From positions 1 through 64,000 of the IMG/VR virus record IMGVR_UViG_3300008954_000023: DNA of 64,000 nt; one strand, given 5' to 3'. Both the position numbers and the translations under genes were made by a program. This DNA is from a virus. How positions within the stretch are numbered: position 1 is the first letter of the stretch; each line of letters begins with the position of its first letter. This document shows, piece by piece, positions 40,983 through 48,484 of the stretch. Below the pieces are notes generated by a model. That model was not told the DNA's origin and made no database searches. It saw nothing but the letters and a program-made list of their open reading frames with translations.

Positions 40983-41022
40983 GTAGAAACCCCGTATAGC
41001 TGTTGCTACACGGGATTCCTAC
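40983..41022 (-). terminator. Intrinsic terminator at the convergence of the structural and replication modules
   Basis: Minus-strand RNA GUAGGAAUCCCGUGUAGC-AACA-GCUAUACGGGGUUUCUAC-UUU: 18-bp stem that is complete only on the minus strand (three G-U pairs). Confidence 0.75.
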
Positions 41023-41198
41023 TACAGAGCGATCCGAAGGAGTTGGCCCACGAGGCCGGGGACGTCGAGGTAGACACCGAGGTGAAGACCGAGTTCGTCT
41101 TCGGCCCACCCCAGGAGCTCCTCGCGCGTCATCGCGAGGAGCTTCTCTTCATCTACCTCGAGGACGGTAGGGCCGGGAGAGTCCCCGTCCCCGACTAC
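41022..41198 (-). CDS. Unannotated 58-codon coding segment (HeH/Rho-N-like); probable -1 frameshift extension of 41195-42265
   Basis: VVGDGDSPGPTVLEVDEEKLLAMTREELLGWAEDELGLHLGVYLDVPGLVGQLLRIAL**; GC3-rich; ends TAG TAG at the terminator. Confidence 0.55.
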   Translation of the reverse strand, partial: VVGDGDSPGPTVLEVDEEKLLAMTREELLGWAEDELGLHLGVYLDVPGLVGQLLRIAL

Positions 41199-42265
41199 CC
41201 CTCCAGCAGGTCCTCGATGTTCTCGAGGGCGTCATCCTCCTCGAAGACCTGGGTGTTGAGGAGCTCCACCAGGCCGGCAGCGATGGCCTCCTGCCGGGTG
41301 TTCATGCTCTCGACGATGGACGTCAGAGCCTCCACGGCACCCTGCAGCTCGATGAGCGCCTTGCCGCGCTTGTTCGCAGCGGTCTGCATCTTCTTCTGCC
41401 GAGTGGACAGATCGTCGGCGATGCCTCCGATAGTGTCCAGGCGCTCCAGCACGGGGGTGAGGTCCACCTCGGCCGGCGCAGGGGTAGCAGCAGGGGCAGC
41501 AGGAGCGGCTGCCGCAGCGGGCTTGCGCTTCCGGCGGCGACGAGTCGCCGGAGCCGGTTCTTCGGCCGGCGCAGCCGGGGTCTCATCTGCGGGTGGCGTC
41601 TCCGTCGAGGTCTCGGCTGGAGTCTCCGCCGGAGTCTCCGCCTTCGGCTTCGGCTTGGCACGCCGCTTCCGGCGGGTCTTCGGCTTCGGCGGGTCTTCGG
41701 CCGCGGTCTCGGCTGGCGTCTCCGGCTCGGCCGGCGTCTCGGGTTCGGCGGGCGGGGCCTCGTCCTTGGAGGTCTCCGGCTTCCGCTTCCGCACGCGCCG
41801 CTTCCGGGCCTTTGGCTTCGGCTCCTCCGGGGCATCGCCGTTCTCGGCAGCGGGTGCATCCGGTTCGTTCTCGATGACGACGATGAGCTCCTTGACCTCG
41901 TCGTCGTCCATGTCCTCGATGTCCGGCCAGCGCTCCTGGAGGACGTTGATGAAGTCAGCGGCCCCCAACGAGAAGGCGGCGCGGTTGTTCTCCACCAGCT
42001 TGGCGGCGATGGCCAGCTTTCGGAGGAGGGGTCGTTTTGCAGGCATGCGTACAGGCTCCACAGGGAGTTTGGGGTTTGGGTTGGGCAGGAGCGCACCGGC
42101 TCCGAACTGCATCATGATGCGAAGCCTTGCGGCTTCAGTGCCGGGCTCTGCCGACTCGAAGAGTTCACAGTCGTCGTCCGTGACAATCATGAACTCGGTC
42201 ACTCGCTTGCACTTCTTCAGCTTCTCACAGCCGATGCAAGTGTGTGTCTGATCAGACCATGTCAT
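41195..42265 (-). CDS. Low-complexity putative nucleic-acid-binding protein (N-terminal Cys cluster, P/A/E/T repeats alternating with basic blocks, C-terminal coiled coil)
   Basis: CIGC...C...C; RKRRVRKRKP, RRKRRAKPKP, RRRRKRKP; PAET/PAEPET repeats. Confidence 0.7.
   Translation of the reverse strand: MTWSDQTHTCIGCEKLKKCKRVTEFMIVTDDDCELFESAEPGTEAARLRIMMQFGAGALLPNPNPKLPVEPVRMPAKRPLLRKLAIAAKLVENNRAAFSLGAADFINVLQERWPDIEDMDDDEVKELIVVIENEPDAPAAENGDAPEEPKPKARKRRVRKRKPETSKDEAPPAEPETPAEPETPAETAAEDPPKPKTRRKRRAKPKPKAETPAETPAETSTETPPADETPAAPAEEPAPATRRRRKRKPAAAAAPAAPAATPAPAEVDLTPVLERLDTIGGIADDLSTRQKKMQTAANKRGKALIELQGAVEALTSIVESMNTRQEAIAAGLVELLNTQVFEEDDALENIEDLLEG
41500..41860 (-). repeat. Imperfect coding tandem repeats (PAEPET/PAET units separated by basic blocks)
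   Basis: Repeated gtctccgccgga/gtctcggctgg units in the DNA. Confidence 0.6.
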
Positions 42266-42563
42266 TCTTGAACCCCCGCCAACAGCGCGTCACGATCACA
42301 TCCGGGCATCCGAAGGTCGTGCACTTTCCATCGCAGCCAGGAAGCTGGGACAGAAGCCGGCGACGGTTCTGATCTATATGTCTCTCCATAAGGATACGCC
42401 ACTTTTCCAGTGGTCCTTCCGGTATATCCTCTTCTTCCTCCAGGATCCGAATCAAGGTCTCTCGGTCGAGGTCTGCTCCGACGTTGCCGAGACCCGCGTC
42501 ACGGCAGAGCTGCCGTAGTTCGGTCTGGTTCATACGACTAAGGATGTCGCTCATTCTGGCCAA
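42252..42563 (-). CDS. HeH/Rho-N-like domain protein with C-terminal Cys cluster
   Basis: LSRMNQTELRQLCRDAGL...RETLIRIL; CDGKC...C...C. Confidence 0.6.
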   Translation of the reverse strand: MARMSDILSRMNQTELRQLCRDAGLGNVGADLDRETLIRILEEEEDIPEGPLEKWRILMERHIDQNRRRLLSQLPGCDGKCTTFGCPDVIVTRCWRGFKNDMV

Positions 42564-43093
42564 TACCCCTCGGGAATGCCATAGGTGCGTGGGTCTTCTT
42601 CCTCGAGGAAGATCGTCACTCCGACCTGGTCCTCATTGGCTACTACGACTTTCGCCCCGTCATCTCCCCAGAACAAAGAGTCGTCGATTCCTACCGCTTC
42701 AGCCACAGCGTCCGTGACTAACTTCTTACGGTTAGGGCTATCGAGTATCTTATACGGGTTTTTCGCCTTCCTTTGCCCGGCCTTGGCTCCGCGTTTCCAC
42801 TTCTGGAGCCACCCCGCCACCAGTAGCTTCTCTGGCGGGAACCAGAACGTCAGGCCGATGCTGTAGATCATGCCGGGCTTGTGGCCAGCGGAGAATCGCA
42901 TGATTTTTGCCATGTTCTCAGAAACCAGCTCTTGAGCCATGAGCCGTTTGTACTGCTCTGCCTCGTCGGAGTAGCCGATGACCTGGATACGCTTGAACCC
43001 ACCCCCTCGCTTCGGACGCATCGAATGTTTGATGATCCGAATCTTGTTGTCCGAAGGGGGGAGTTTTGGGTAGTGGAGGTGGATACTTCTCAC
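42551..43093 (-). CDS. RusA-like Holliday junction resolvase
   Basis: LPPSDN N-terminal motif; DSPNRKKLVTDAV...IDDS matches the RusA D.DN..K...D...DD catalytic pattern (with a variant). Confidence 0.65.
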   Translation of the reverse strand: MRSIHLHYPKLPPSDNKIRIIKHSMRPKRGGGFKRIQVIGYSDEAEQYKRLMAQELVSENMAKIMRFSAGHKPGMIYSIGLTFWFPPEKLLVAGWLQKWKRGAKAGQRKAKNPYKILDSPNRKKLVTDAVAEAVGIDDSLFWGDDGAKVVVANEDQVGVTIFLEEEDPRTYGIPEGYWPE

Positions 43094-43662
43094 TTCCGCT
43101 TATAGGCGCGAGTGCCTCTCCCGCGACTCATGCTCTCGCCGCGACGATTGCCCTCAATCTCCATCTTCTTCGCCTCGTAGAGGCGAGAGACGAAGGCTGT
43201 GTCGCGGGATGCTGCCTTAGCGATACCCTCCAGCAGCTCGACCACGACTCGTGCCTCGATGTAGGCCGTGTTCTGCTGGATGTAGCGGTCATCGACGAGG
43301 GTGTTGTCAGCCTTCTGCGGCGCGTTCCCGGTCTTCGTCTTCCGAACAGCGGCTTTGACGTAGGCCAACTTCTCCTTCGCAGTCTCGAGTGCTGCGCGTC
43401 CCATCACCAGCTGCTCGTTCACGTAGTCGGCGTGAACGATCAACAGGTTGTGGTAGGTCGTGATGTCGCCCATCTGTAACGAAGCCAGGTTCGACGGGAT
43501 GCGGCCGTCGAACAGCCTCCCATCGTCCCATCGTGCAGGCTCCGCATTGAGCCCCAGCCCCTTCGCTGCGATGGAGTTGATGGCGTTCGCCTCTGCTTGG
43601 TCGTACCGATCCAATCCCTCATCGATGGGGACTGAGTAGTCCGCACGAGTGTCTCGGCTCAT
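43090..43662 (-). CDS. Helical hypothetical protein (possibly a UvsY-like recombination mediator)
   Basis: Coiled-coil; located in the RecA/nuclease cluster; ATGA coupling. Confidence 0.5.
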   Translation of the reverse strand: MSRDTRADYSVPIDEGLDRYDQAEANAINSIAAKGLGLNAEPARWDDGRLFDGRIPSNLASLQMGDITTYHNLLIVHADYVNEQLVMGRAALETAKEKLAYVKAAVRKTKTGNAPQKADNTLVDDRYIQQNTAYIEARVVVELLEGIAKAASRDTAFVSRLYEAKKMEIEGNRRGESMSRGRGTRAYKRK

Positions 43663-44549
43663 GCTTTCCTCTGGAATGCTCGAAGGCCCCGCTCCGCCAG
43701 GGATTGGGGACAGTTCTTGTTGTAGGGACACTGACGGCACTCGCCAGGAGTCGCGTCAGCAACAGGAGCCTGCTCGTCTTCCACAGCCTCCTTGACCTGC
43801 TTCCCCTTGAGTCTCCACCAGCCTTTGTAGACTGACGGATCGTAGGGGACTACCAGCTCCTTGATGGGATGCGGGTGTAGCTTATACACGTACAGATATA
43901 CCATGAACGGAAGATCCAACCCGGTCGAATACAGTCCGCCAGCCTGGATTCTGTGATCCTTCGGAGGTGTCAGCCGTACGTTGTTCCACATCGACTCACC
44001 GGCCGATTTGATCTCGATTCCAGCACGTACCCAGGGGAACTCCAGGACACCGTCCGTGTTTCCTTGGATAAGCCCGCTTTCCATGCTCACTCGTGCTTCT
44101 GCCTCGAACCGGGCGGACTTTAAGGGTGCATACGTGGGGTCTTCCGTCGCCCCCTGCAGCCCATCTTGAAGCTGCACATGGAGAGAATGCCCAATCCCGA
44201 AGGTGAGTAGCTCTGCCATGGTGTTCTTCTTGGGTTCCCGATTCTTCTCGCCAGTGACGTCGTAGTACAGCGCGAGGGTGCACTTATTCGCACTCGATGG
44301 ATGGATGACTCCTTGCTTCCTCGGAAGCGGAGTGAGTACCTCACCCCAGCCGTCACACTTGGGGCAGTCCATAGAAGTCTGCTCAGCGACCAGCCGGTGG
44401 TATTCCTTCCGTGAGGGCCGCCGGCGTGAGCGGGTCTCCATCCATTCCTTGATCCACTTCCGGATGGTCAAGGCCTTCATGACAGCTTCGACTTCAGACT
44501 CTGAAGCTGCTGCGAGGTCAGCTCGCGTAAGGATTGGGGTTAATCGCAC
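43659..44549 (-). CDS. Cas4/AddB-like PD-(D/E)xK exonuclease
   Basis: HPSSANKC, GHSLH, GNTDG, EIKS, Q...Y, CRQCPYNKNC (1+3 Cys Fe-S arrangement). Confidence 0.8.
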   Translation of the reverse strand: MRLTPILTRADLAAASESEVEAVMKALTIRKWIKEWMETRSRRRPSRKEYHRLVAEQTSMDCPKCDGWGEVLTPLPRKQGVIHPSSANKCTLALYYDVTGEKNREPKKNTMAELLTFGIGHSLHVQLQDGLQGATEDPTYAPLKSARFEAEARVSMESGLIQGNTDGVLEFPWVRAGIEIKSAGESMWNNVRLTPPKDHRIQAGGLYSTGLDLPFMVYLYVYKLHPHPIKELVVPYDPSVYKGWWRLKGKQVKEAVEDEQAPVADATPGECRQCPYNKNCPQSLAERGLRAFQRKA

Positions 44550-44995
44550 CTATCCTCCTTGTACAGTTCCAGGAGCTCCAGGAACCAGTCGTTTGAGATG
44601 ACACGGTACTGCTTCCGCAGGTCGTCCTCGAAGGAGACTGTCAGTACCGGGATTTCGCCGTCTTCTGCCTCACCGGCGACCTTCTGCAGGTCCGCGAGTT
44701 TGAGCACGAAGCTCTTGGCCTTGGTCGTCTTGTTCTCGTCACGGAGGATGCCCTTGATCCGGACGTCCGCCTTCTCGTCACCAGCACCGGAGTTCGAGGT
44801 CACCCTTCCAGCAACCTTCTTGGCATTGTGCTTCTCCTGCCGAGTAGCGCGGCCGCGGGTCGTCCTCGACTTCCCACGAACATGCTTCTTGGCAGGCTCG
44901 ACTTCCCATCGCTTCCAGACCTTGTTGCACTTTCGGCAGTAGAGGAGCTTCCAGGTCTGTTGTACGAGCGCCTGTATACAGGTTGGACAGTTCAC
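44540..44995 (-). CDS. PD-(D/E)xK endonuclease (Hjc-like resolvase) with N-terminal Zn ribbon
   Basis: GTGA coupling to recA; CPTC...CRKC; QEK...NSGA...KADV...ENKTT. Confidence 0.7.
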   Translation of the reverse strand: MNCPTCIQALVQQTWKLLYCRKCNKVWKRWEVEPAKKHVRGKSRTTRGRATRQEKHNAKKVAGRVTSNSGAGDEKADVRIKGILRDENKTTKAKSFVLKLADLQKVAGEAEDGEIPVLTVSFEDDLRKQYRVISNDWFLELLELYKEDRCD

Positions 44996-46155
44996 AGTCG
45001 ACAACGAACCCCAGAGGCTTTGTAGATCCTCGCCTCCATTTCTTTGAGGAGGTCTGCCTTCAGCAACCATTCGCCGGCCTTGTCCTCTCCCTGGCCCATA
45101 CGCTCATCCGTCTCGGCCACGGCGTACCAGCTACCAGACTTGACGATGAGTCCATGCTGCACACCCAGGCGAACAGCCAGCGCGGCCCGGTTGAAGCTCA
45201 TGTCCTTCCAGTAGTAGTTGTACTTTCCTTTCCCTCCTTCGTGTCCTCCGGCCTTCTGCTTGAGGATCTCCCATTTCATCTCCTTACCGATGTGGACCTT
45301 CTTGGAGGTCTTCACGGCACCGATGCGGGTGAGGTTCAGGGTGACGAAGCGGCCATGCTTCAGGGCCCACCCACCGCTCTCCTTCGTCATCGGAGAGTAC
45401 GGCGTGGCCCGCTGCATGTTGTCTCGAACCTGGTTCACGCCCAGGAAGGCCGTGAGATTGGGATTCCCGGCTGTATCAGGTGAGAAGGCCGAACAGAGCT
45501 TCCCCATGAGCCGGGTGTTGAGGCTCGCAGCTCCGCCGACCCGGGCATTGTCCGTGAGGTCCTTGTCTTCCTCTGCCTGAGGAAGGATGGATCCGAAGGA
45601 ATCCAGAGCGACGATGTCGAACTCACCGGAGCGGACCAGGTCGATGGCGATGTCGAAGCATTCCTCTGCCGAGGTTGGCGGAACCACCAGGAACTCGCCG
45701 ATGCCTGTCGTTCTCCACTCGAGGTCTTCAGGTGTGACTTCGATCCCCAGGTACTCACACTCTTCGACGTAGGCGTCAACTTCTAGACCAGACATCGGCA
45801 CCCGCACGCCGCAACCATGAGCCTGCGTCTTGTCGTACGCAAGCTCAGTTCCGATCACGGCGATGGCAGCATCTTCGCCTCGCTGTTCCTGACAGATGCG
45901 GATGGCCTGGTTGATGAGCCAGTTCTTCCCACTTCCGGGCTTCCCTGTGATGATTGACATCCCTCCACCAGGGAAGCCGCCGTTCATGGCGAGATCGAGC
46001 TCGATGAGGCCCGTAGGGAGGCGACGAAGCGCCCAGGCCATGGTGTAGTCCTCGCCTCGGAACACCTTGCCTGGGTACCGTTTCTGGAGGTCGGCAACGA
46101 GAGCCTTCCGTCGGTCCTGGGACGACAGTGCCTCCTTCTTCTTCCTACCGGCCAC
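44992..46155 (-). CDS. recA: RecA/UvsX-like recombinase
   Basis: LPTGLIELDLAMNGGFPGG, GKPGSGKN (Walker A variant), IVALDS, NQVRD, SGGWALKH, KSGSWY. Confidence 0.9.
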   Translation of the reverse strand: MAGRKKKEALSSQDRRKALVADLQKRYPGKVFRGEDYTMAWALRRLPTGLIELDLAMNGGFPGGGMSIITGKPGSGKNWLINQAIRICQEQRGEDAAIAVIGTELAYDKTQAHGCGVRVPMSGLEVDAYVEECEYLGIEVTPEDLEWRTTGIGEFLVVPPTSAEECFDIAIDLVRSGEFDIVALDSFGSILPQAEEDKDLTDNARVGGAASLNTRLMGKLCSAFSPDTAGNPNLTAFLGVNQVRDNMQRATPYSPMTKESGGWALKHGRFVTLNLTRIGAVKTSKKVHIGKEMKWEILKQKAGGHEGGKGKYNYYWKDMSFNRAALAVRLGVQHGLIVKSGSWYAVAETDERMGQGEDKAGEWLLKADLLKEMEARIYKASGVRCRL

Positions 46156-46318
46156 GCGGCTTCCTCCGAGGCTCGAACGGCTCCGTGCCGCAGCGGGCAC
46201 AGTTCGGGGTGTGGCCCTTCCAGTTCACGTTCGTACCTCCGCAGCCGGGGCACGCCTTGTTCTGGCTGGCCGTCTTGTTGTGATTGGGATCGATCTGGAC
46301 CCCATACTTCTCCATCAT
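46145..46318 (-). CDS. Small Zn-finger protein
   Basis: MEKYGV...KTAS...CPGCG...CARCGTEPFE. Confidence 0.6.
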   Translation of the reverse strand: MMEKYGVQIDPNHNKTASQNKACPGCGGTNVNWKGHTPNCARCGTEPFEPRRKPRGR

Positions 46319-46319
46319 G

Positions 46320-46607
46320 TCAGCTCCCGTCGGGAATGATGATTGTGCGAAGTTCCTCGCGGAACTTCCGCGATGTCCTGGCCGACACTCTGATCGTCGG
46401 CACACCTTGTTCGCTTGTGGTCGGTGTCCGAGCCCGCAAGACATGCGGGGTGAGGTGCAGGAACCCTGTGATCCTAACCTCTCCTTGGCCTCGGATCTCT
46501 TCCTTCATCACCTCTACGGCCTTGTTCCAAACGAGCCGGACGACTCGTTCGGGAAGGCCTGTCTTCCGGCTCACCTTCTTGATGATCCGGCTCGAGGTGA
46601 GGATCAC
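46320..46607 (-). CDS. HU/IHF-family DNA-binding protein
   Basis: IIKKVSRKTGL...GEVRITGFLHL...RAR...SRKFREEL. Confidence 0.75.
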   Translation of the reverse strand: MILTSSRIIKKVSRKTGLPERVVRLVWNKAVEVMKEEIRGQGEVRITGFLHLTPHVLRARTPTTSEQGVPTIRVSARTSRKFREELRTIIIPDGS

Positions 46608-47557
46608 GCCTTCGCCCCGTCCCAGTTGTACCCTGTGTCCATGTCGATCTCGATGGCTACTCTCATCGGGAACGGGTTCTCCATGTTGGCCCTGATTCGA
46701 CGTTCTGCGACGGCGATGTACTCTGGATGGTCAGGAACTTCGAACATCAGTTCGTCATGAACCTGTAGGAGCATCCGTGCCCCGCAAGCGCGAAGCTCCG
46801 GATCTCGCTCGCAACGGAGCATGGCCTCATTGACGATATCGGCACCTCCTCCCTGCGGGATGACGTTTGGAGCTTGCCGCTCTGCCTGAGAACGCAGCAT
46901 GCCGTCGTTGGAGTTGATGTCCGGAAGCCGACGAGGATGTCCGCGAAGGGTGTAGACCACCTCTTCGTCGCGACACTTGTCCTTCGTGTCCTCGATCCAC
47001 CGACCCACGCCTGGGTAGATGTTCCAGAGATAGTCGTCGATGAGCTTCTCGGCCTCGGGACACCGCTCTCGCATACGTCCCCACTTGTTCCGCTCCTTGA
47101 TGATCTTCAGCCCAAGCTGGAGTCCCAGCTTCAAGGCTCCGATGCCGTAGACAATGCCGAAGCCGGTCGCCTTGAGCTTGCTTCGCTGCTCGACGAGTGC
47201 CTTCTGCTCCTCCGTAGGGTTCTTCGCCTTCTTGGCTGCGAGGGCGATGTCGTAGGTGATCCCTGACTCGATTGCTCCGATCTCTGAGGCGATTGCAACC
47301 GTCTGACAGTGGATGTCCCGACCGAGCTTGATGGCTTCGATCATTCCCTCATCACGAGAGTGATGGGCGATCATCCGCATCTCCAGATTGCGATAGTCCG
47401 CGACCTTGAGAATCATTGGGTAGTCGTCAGGAAGGTACGGTAGCTGTACATCTACGACCTCAGGCAAACACAGCGAATGATCTACATCACCCCATAGGCC
47501 TGCGATGAAGATGGCCCGAAGCCGATGGCCCCAATCTCCTCGAGAGGGGATGTTTTG
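46604..47557 (-). CDS. polA: DNA polymerase family A, exon 2 (motifs A, B, C)
   Basis: Begins QNIP; ADYRNLEMR (A), RSKLKATGFGIVYG (B), AERQAPN..PQG, LLQVHDEL (C). Confidence 0.92.
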   Translation of the reverse strand, partial: QNIPSRGDWGHRLRAIFIAGLWGDVDHSLCLPEVVDVQLPYLPDDYPMILKVADYRNLEMRMIAHHSRDEGMIEAIKLGRDIHCQTVAIASEIGAIESGITYDIALAAKKAKNPTEEQKALVEQRSKLKATGFGIVYGIGALKLGLQLGLKIIKERNKWGRMRERCPEAEKLIDDYLWNIYPGVGRWIEDTKDKCRDEEVVYTLRGHPRRLPDINSNDGMLRSQAERQAPNVIPQGGGADIVNEAMLRCERDPELRACGARMLLQVHDELMFEVPDHPEYIAVAERRIRANMENPFPMRVAIEIDMDTGYNWDGAKA

Positions 47558-48484
47558 CCTTGATGTTACAGGATAGCCGCTTTTGCTACCCTTCCTTGAG
47601 TCTCCCCAAGGAGCAGACCATATCATCATCACCTTTTGGCAATGTCCCGCGCTTCGACCTCGCTCGAGGTCTACTTGCTTACGCAATGGTCGTTGAACCT
47701 TCACCACATAGGAGTCTTGTACAGCATGGATGCCGGAGAGATTCTCCGAGCGTGTGCAAAGATTTGCACTGCTACAGGCTTCGGAATGCGCCAGATCTTG
47801 TTCTTGTCTGATGCGCGGCTGTTGTTCTTCCCCGTACTTCCGGGGCGAGCCGTTCCGAAATAGCGCTCTGCCCATGCCAGGATGAACCCTGGTTGAGAGC
47901 TGAGTTCTGGTCCGAGGGACATAGTGACCTTGTACGACCCCCGTGTGTTGTCCTTTCGTAGGACAGCACAGCCATCGTCCAGGTACCACATCCCTATGTC
48001 TCTGTCCGACAACAGACTCACTGCGTCGAAGCATGTGAGTTGCTGGTGTGCGGCTGTGATAAGAGGATGGACTTTTGATGTAGCGGTCCAGATCGGCTTG
48101 GCATTCGAGAAGGTTTGATCCGAAGATCGATCCCGTCGATGTACCGAGCCTTGGAGTTCTGTCGGTAGAAGCGTTTTCTGCTTCCACCGGACCCACTCTT
48201 CGTGGACCGAACTCCATACGATCTTGCTGTTCTTGCACTCTGGATGCCTCCAGAAGTGCCCGTCTCCGAGCCGCGCGTTGACAACGGCTTCGGTCAGACT
48301 CCCGTAGGTGCTTGGCTGCTGATTGCCCATTTCCACATCCCCAATGGGATAGATATCCCAAAAGGCATGTTTCATACCACCACTTTTTTGCCCGTCGCGC
48401 TTGCCGTTTCCAGCTACGCTGTGGGGTGGTGGTCTTTCGGGTGTTCCAGCAGTTCACGGGATTTTACAACCTCCATTAGTTCCA
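47558..48484 (-). mobile_element. Group I self-splicing intron in polA (927 nt)
   Basis: Exon end CAACCUU pairs with IGS GAGGUUG ending in a U-G wobble; P (AACUGCUGGAA), Q (AAUCAGCAGCC), R (GUUCAACGACCA), S (AUGAUAUGGUCU); terminal G; splicing restores NPNL-QNIP in frame. Confidence 0.93.
47701..48375 (-). CDS. Intron-encoded LAGLIDADG homing endonuclease (two-motif type)
   Basis: AVVNARLGDG and IGMWYLDDG motifs; lies mostly between Q and R (P6a loop, CACC/GGUG closure); start at 48375 or 48330. Confidence 0.85.
   Translation of the reverse strand: MKHAFWDIYPIGDVEMGNQQPSTYGSLTEAVVNARLGDGHFWRHPECKNSKIVWSSVHEEWVRWKQKTLLPTELQGSVHRRDRSSDQTFSNAKPIWTATSKVHPLITAAHQQLTCFDAVSLLSDRDIGMWYLDDGCAVLRKDNTRGSYKVTMSLGPELSSQPGFILAWAERYFGTARPGSTGKNNSRASDKNKIWRIPKPVAVQIFAHARRISPASMLYKTPMW

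Noticed and set aside
43659-44549. Cas4-like gene as evidence of a CRISPR-Cas system
   Set aside because: No repeat-spacer array or other cas genes; stand-alone Cas4-like nucleases are common in phage recombination modules
46604-48457. 617-aa ORF as a complete polymerase subunit
   Set aside because: Its first ~300 codons are intron sequence; polymerase similarity begins only at QNIP (47557)
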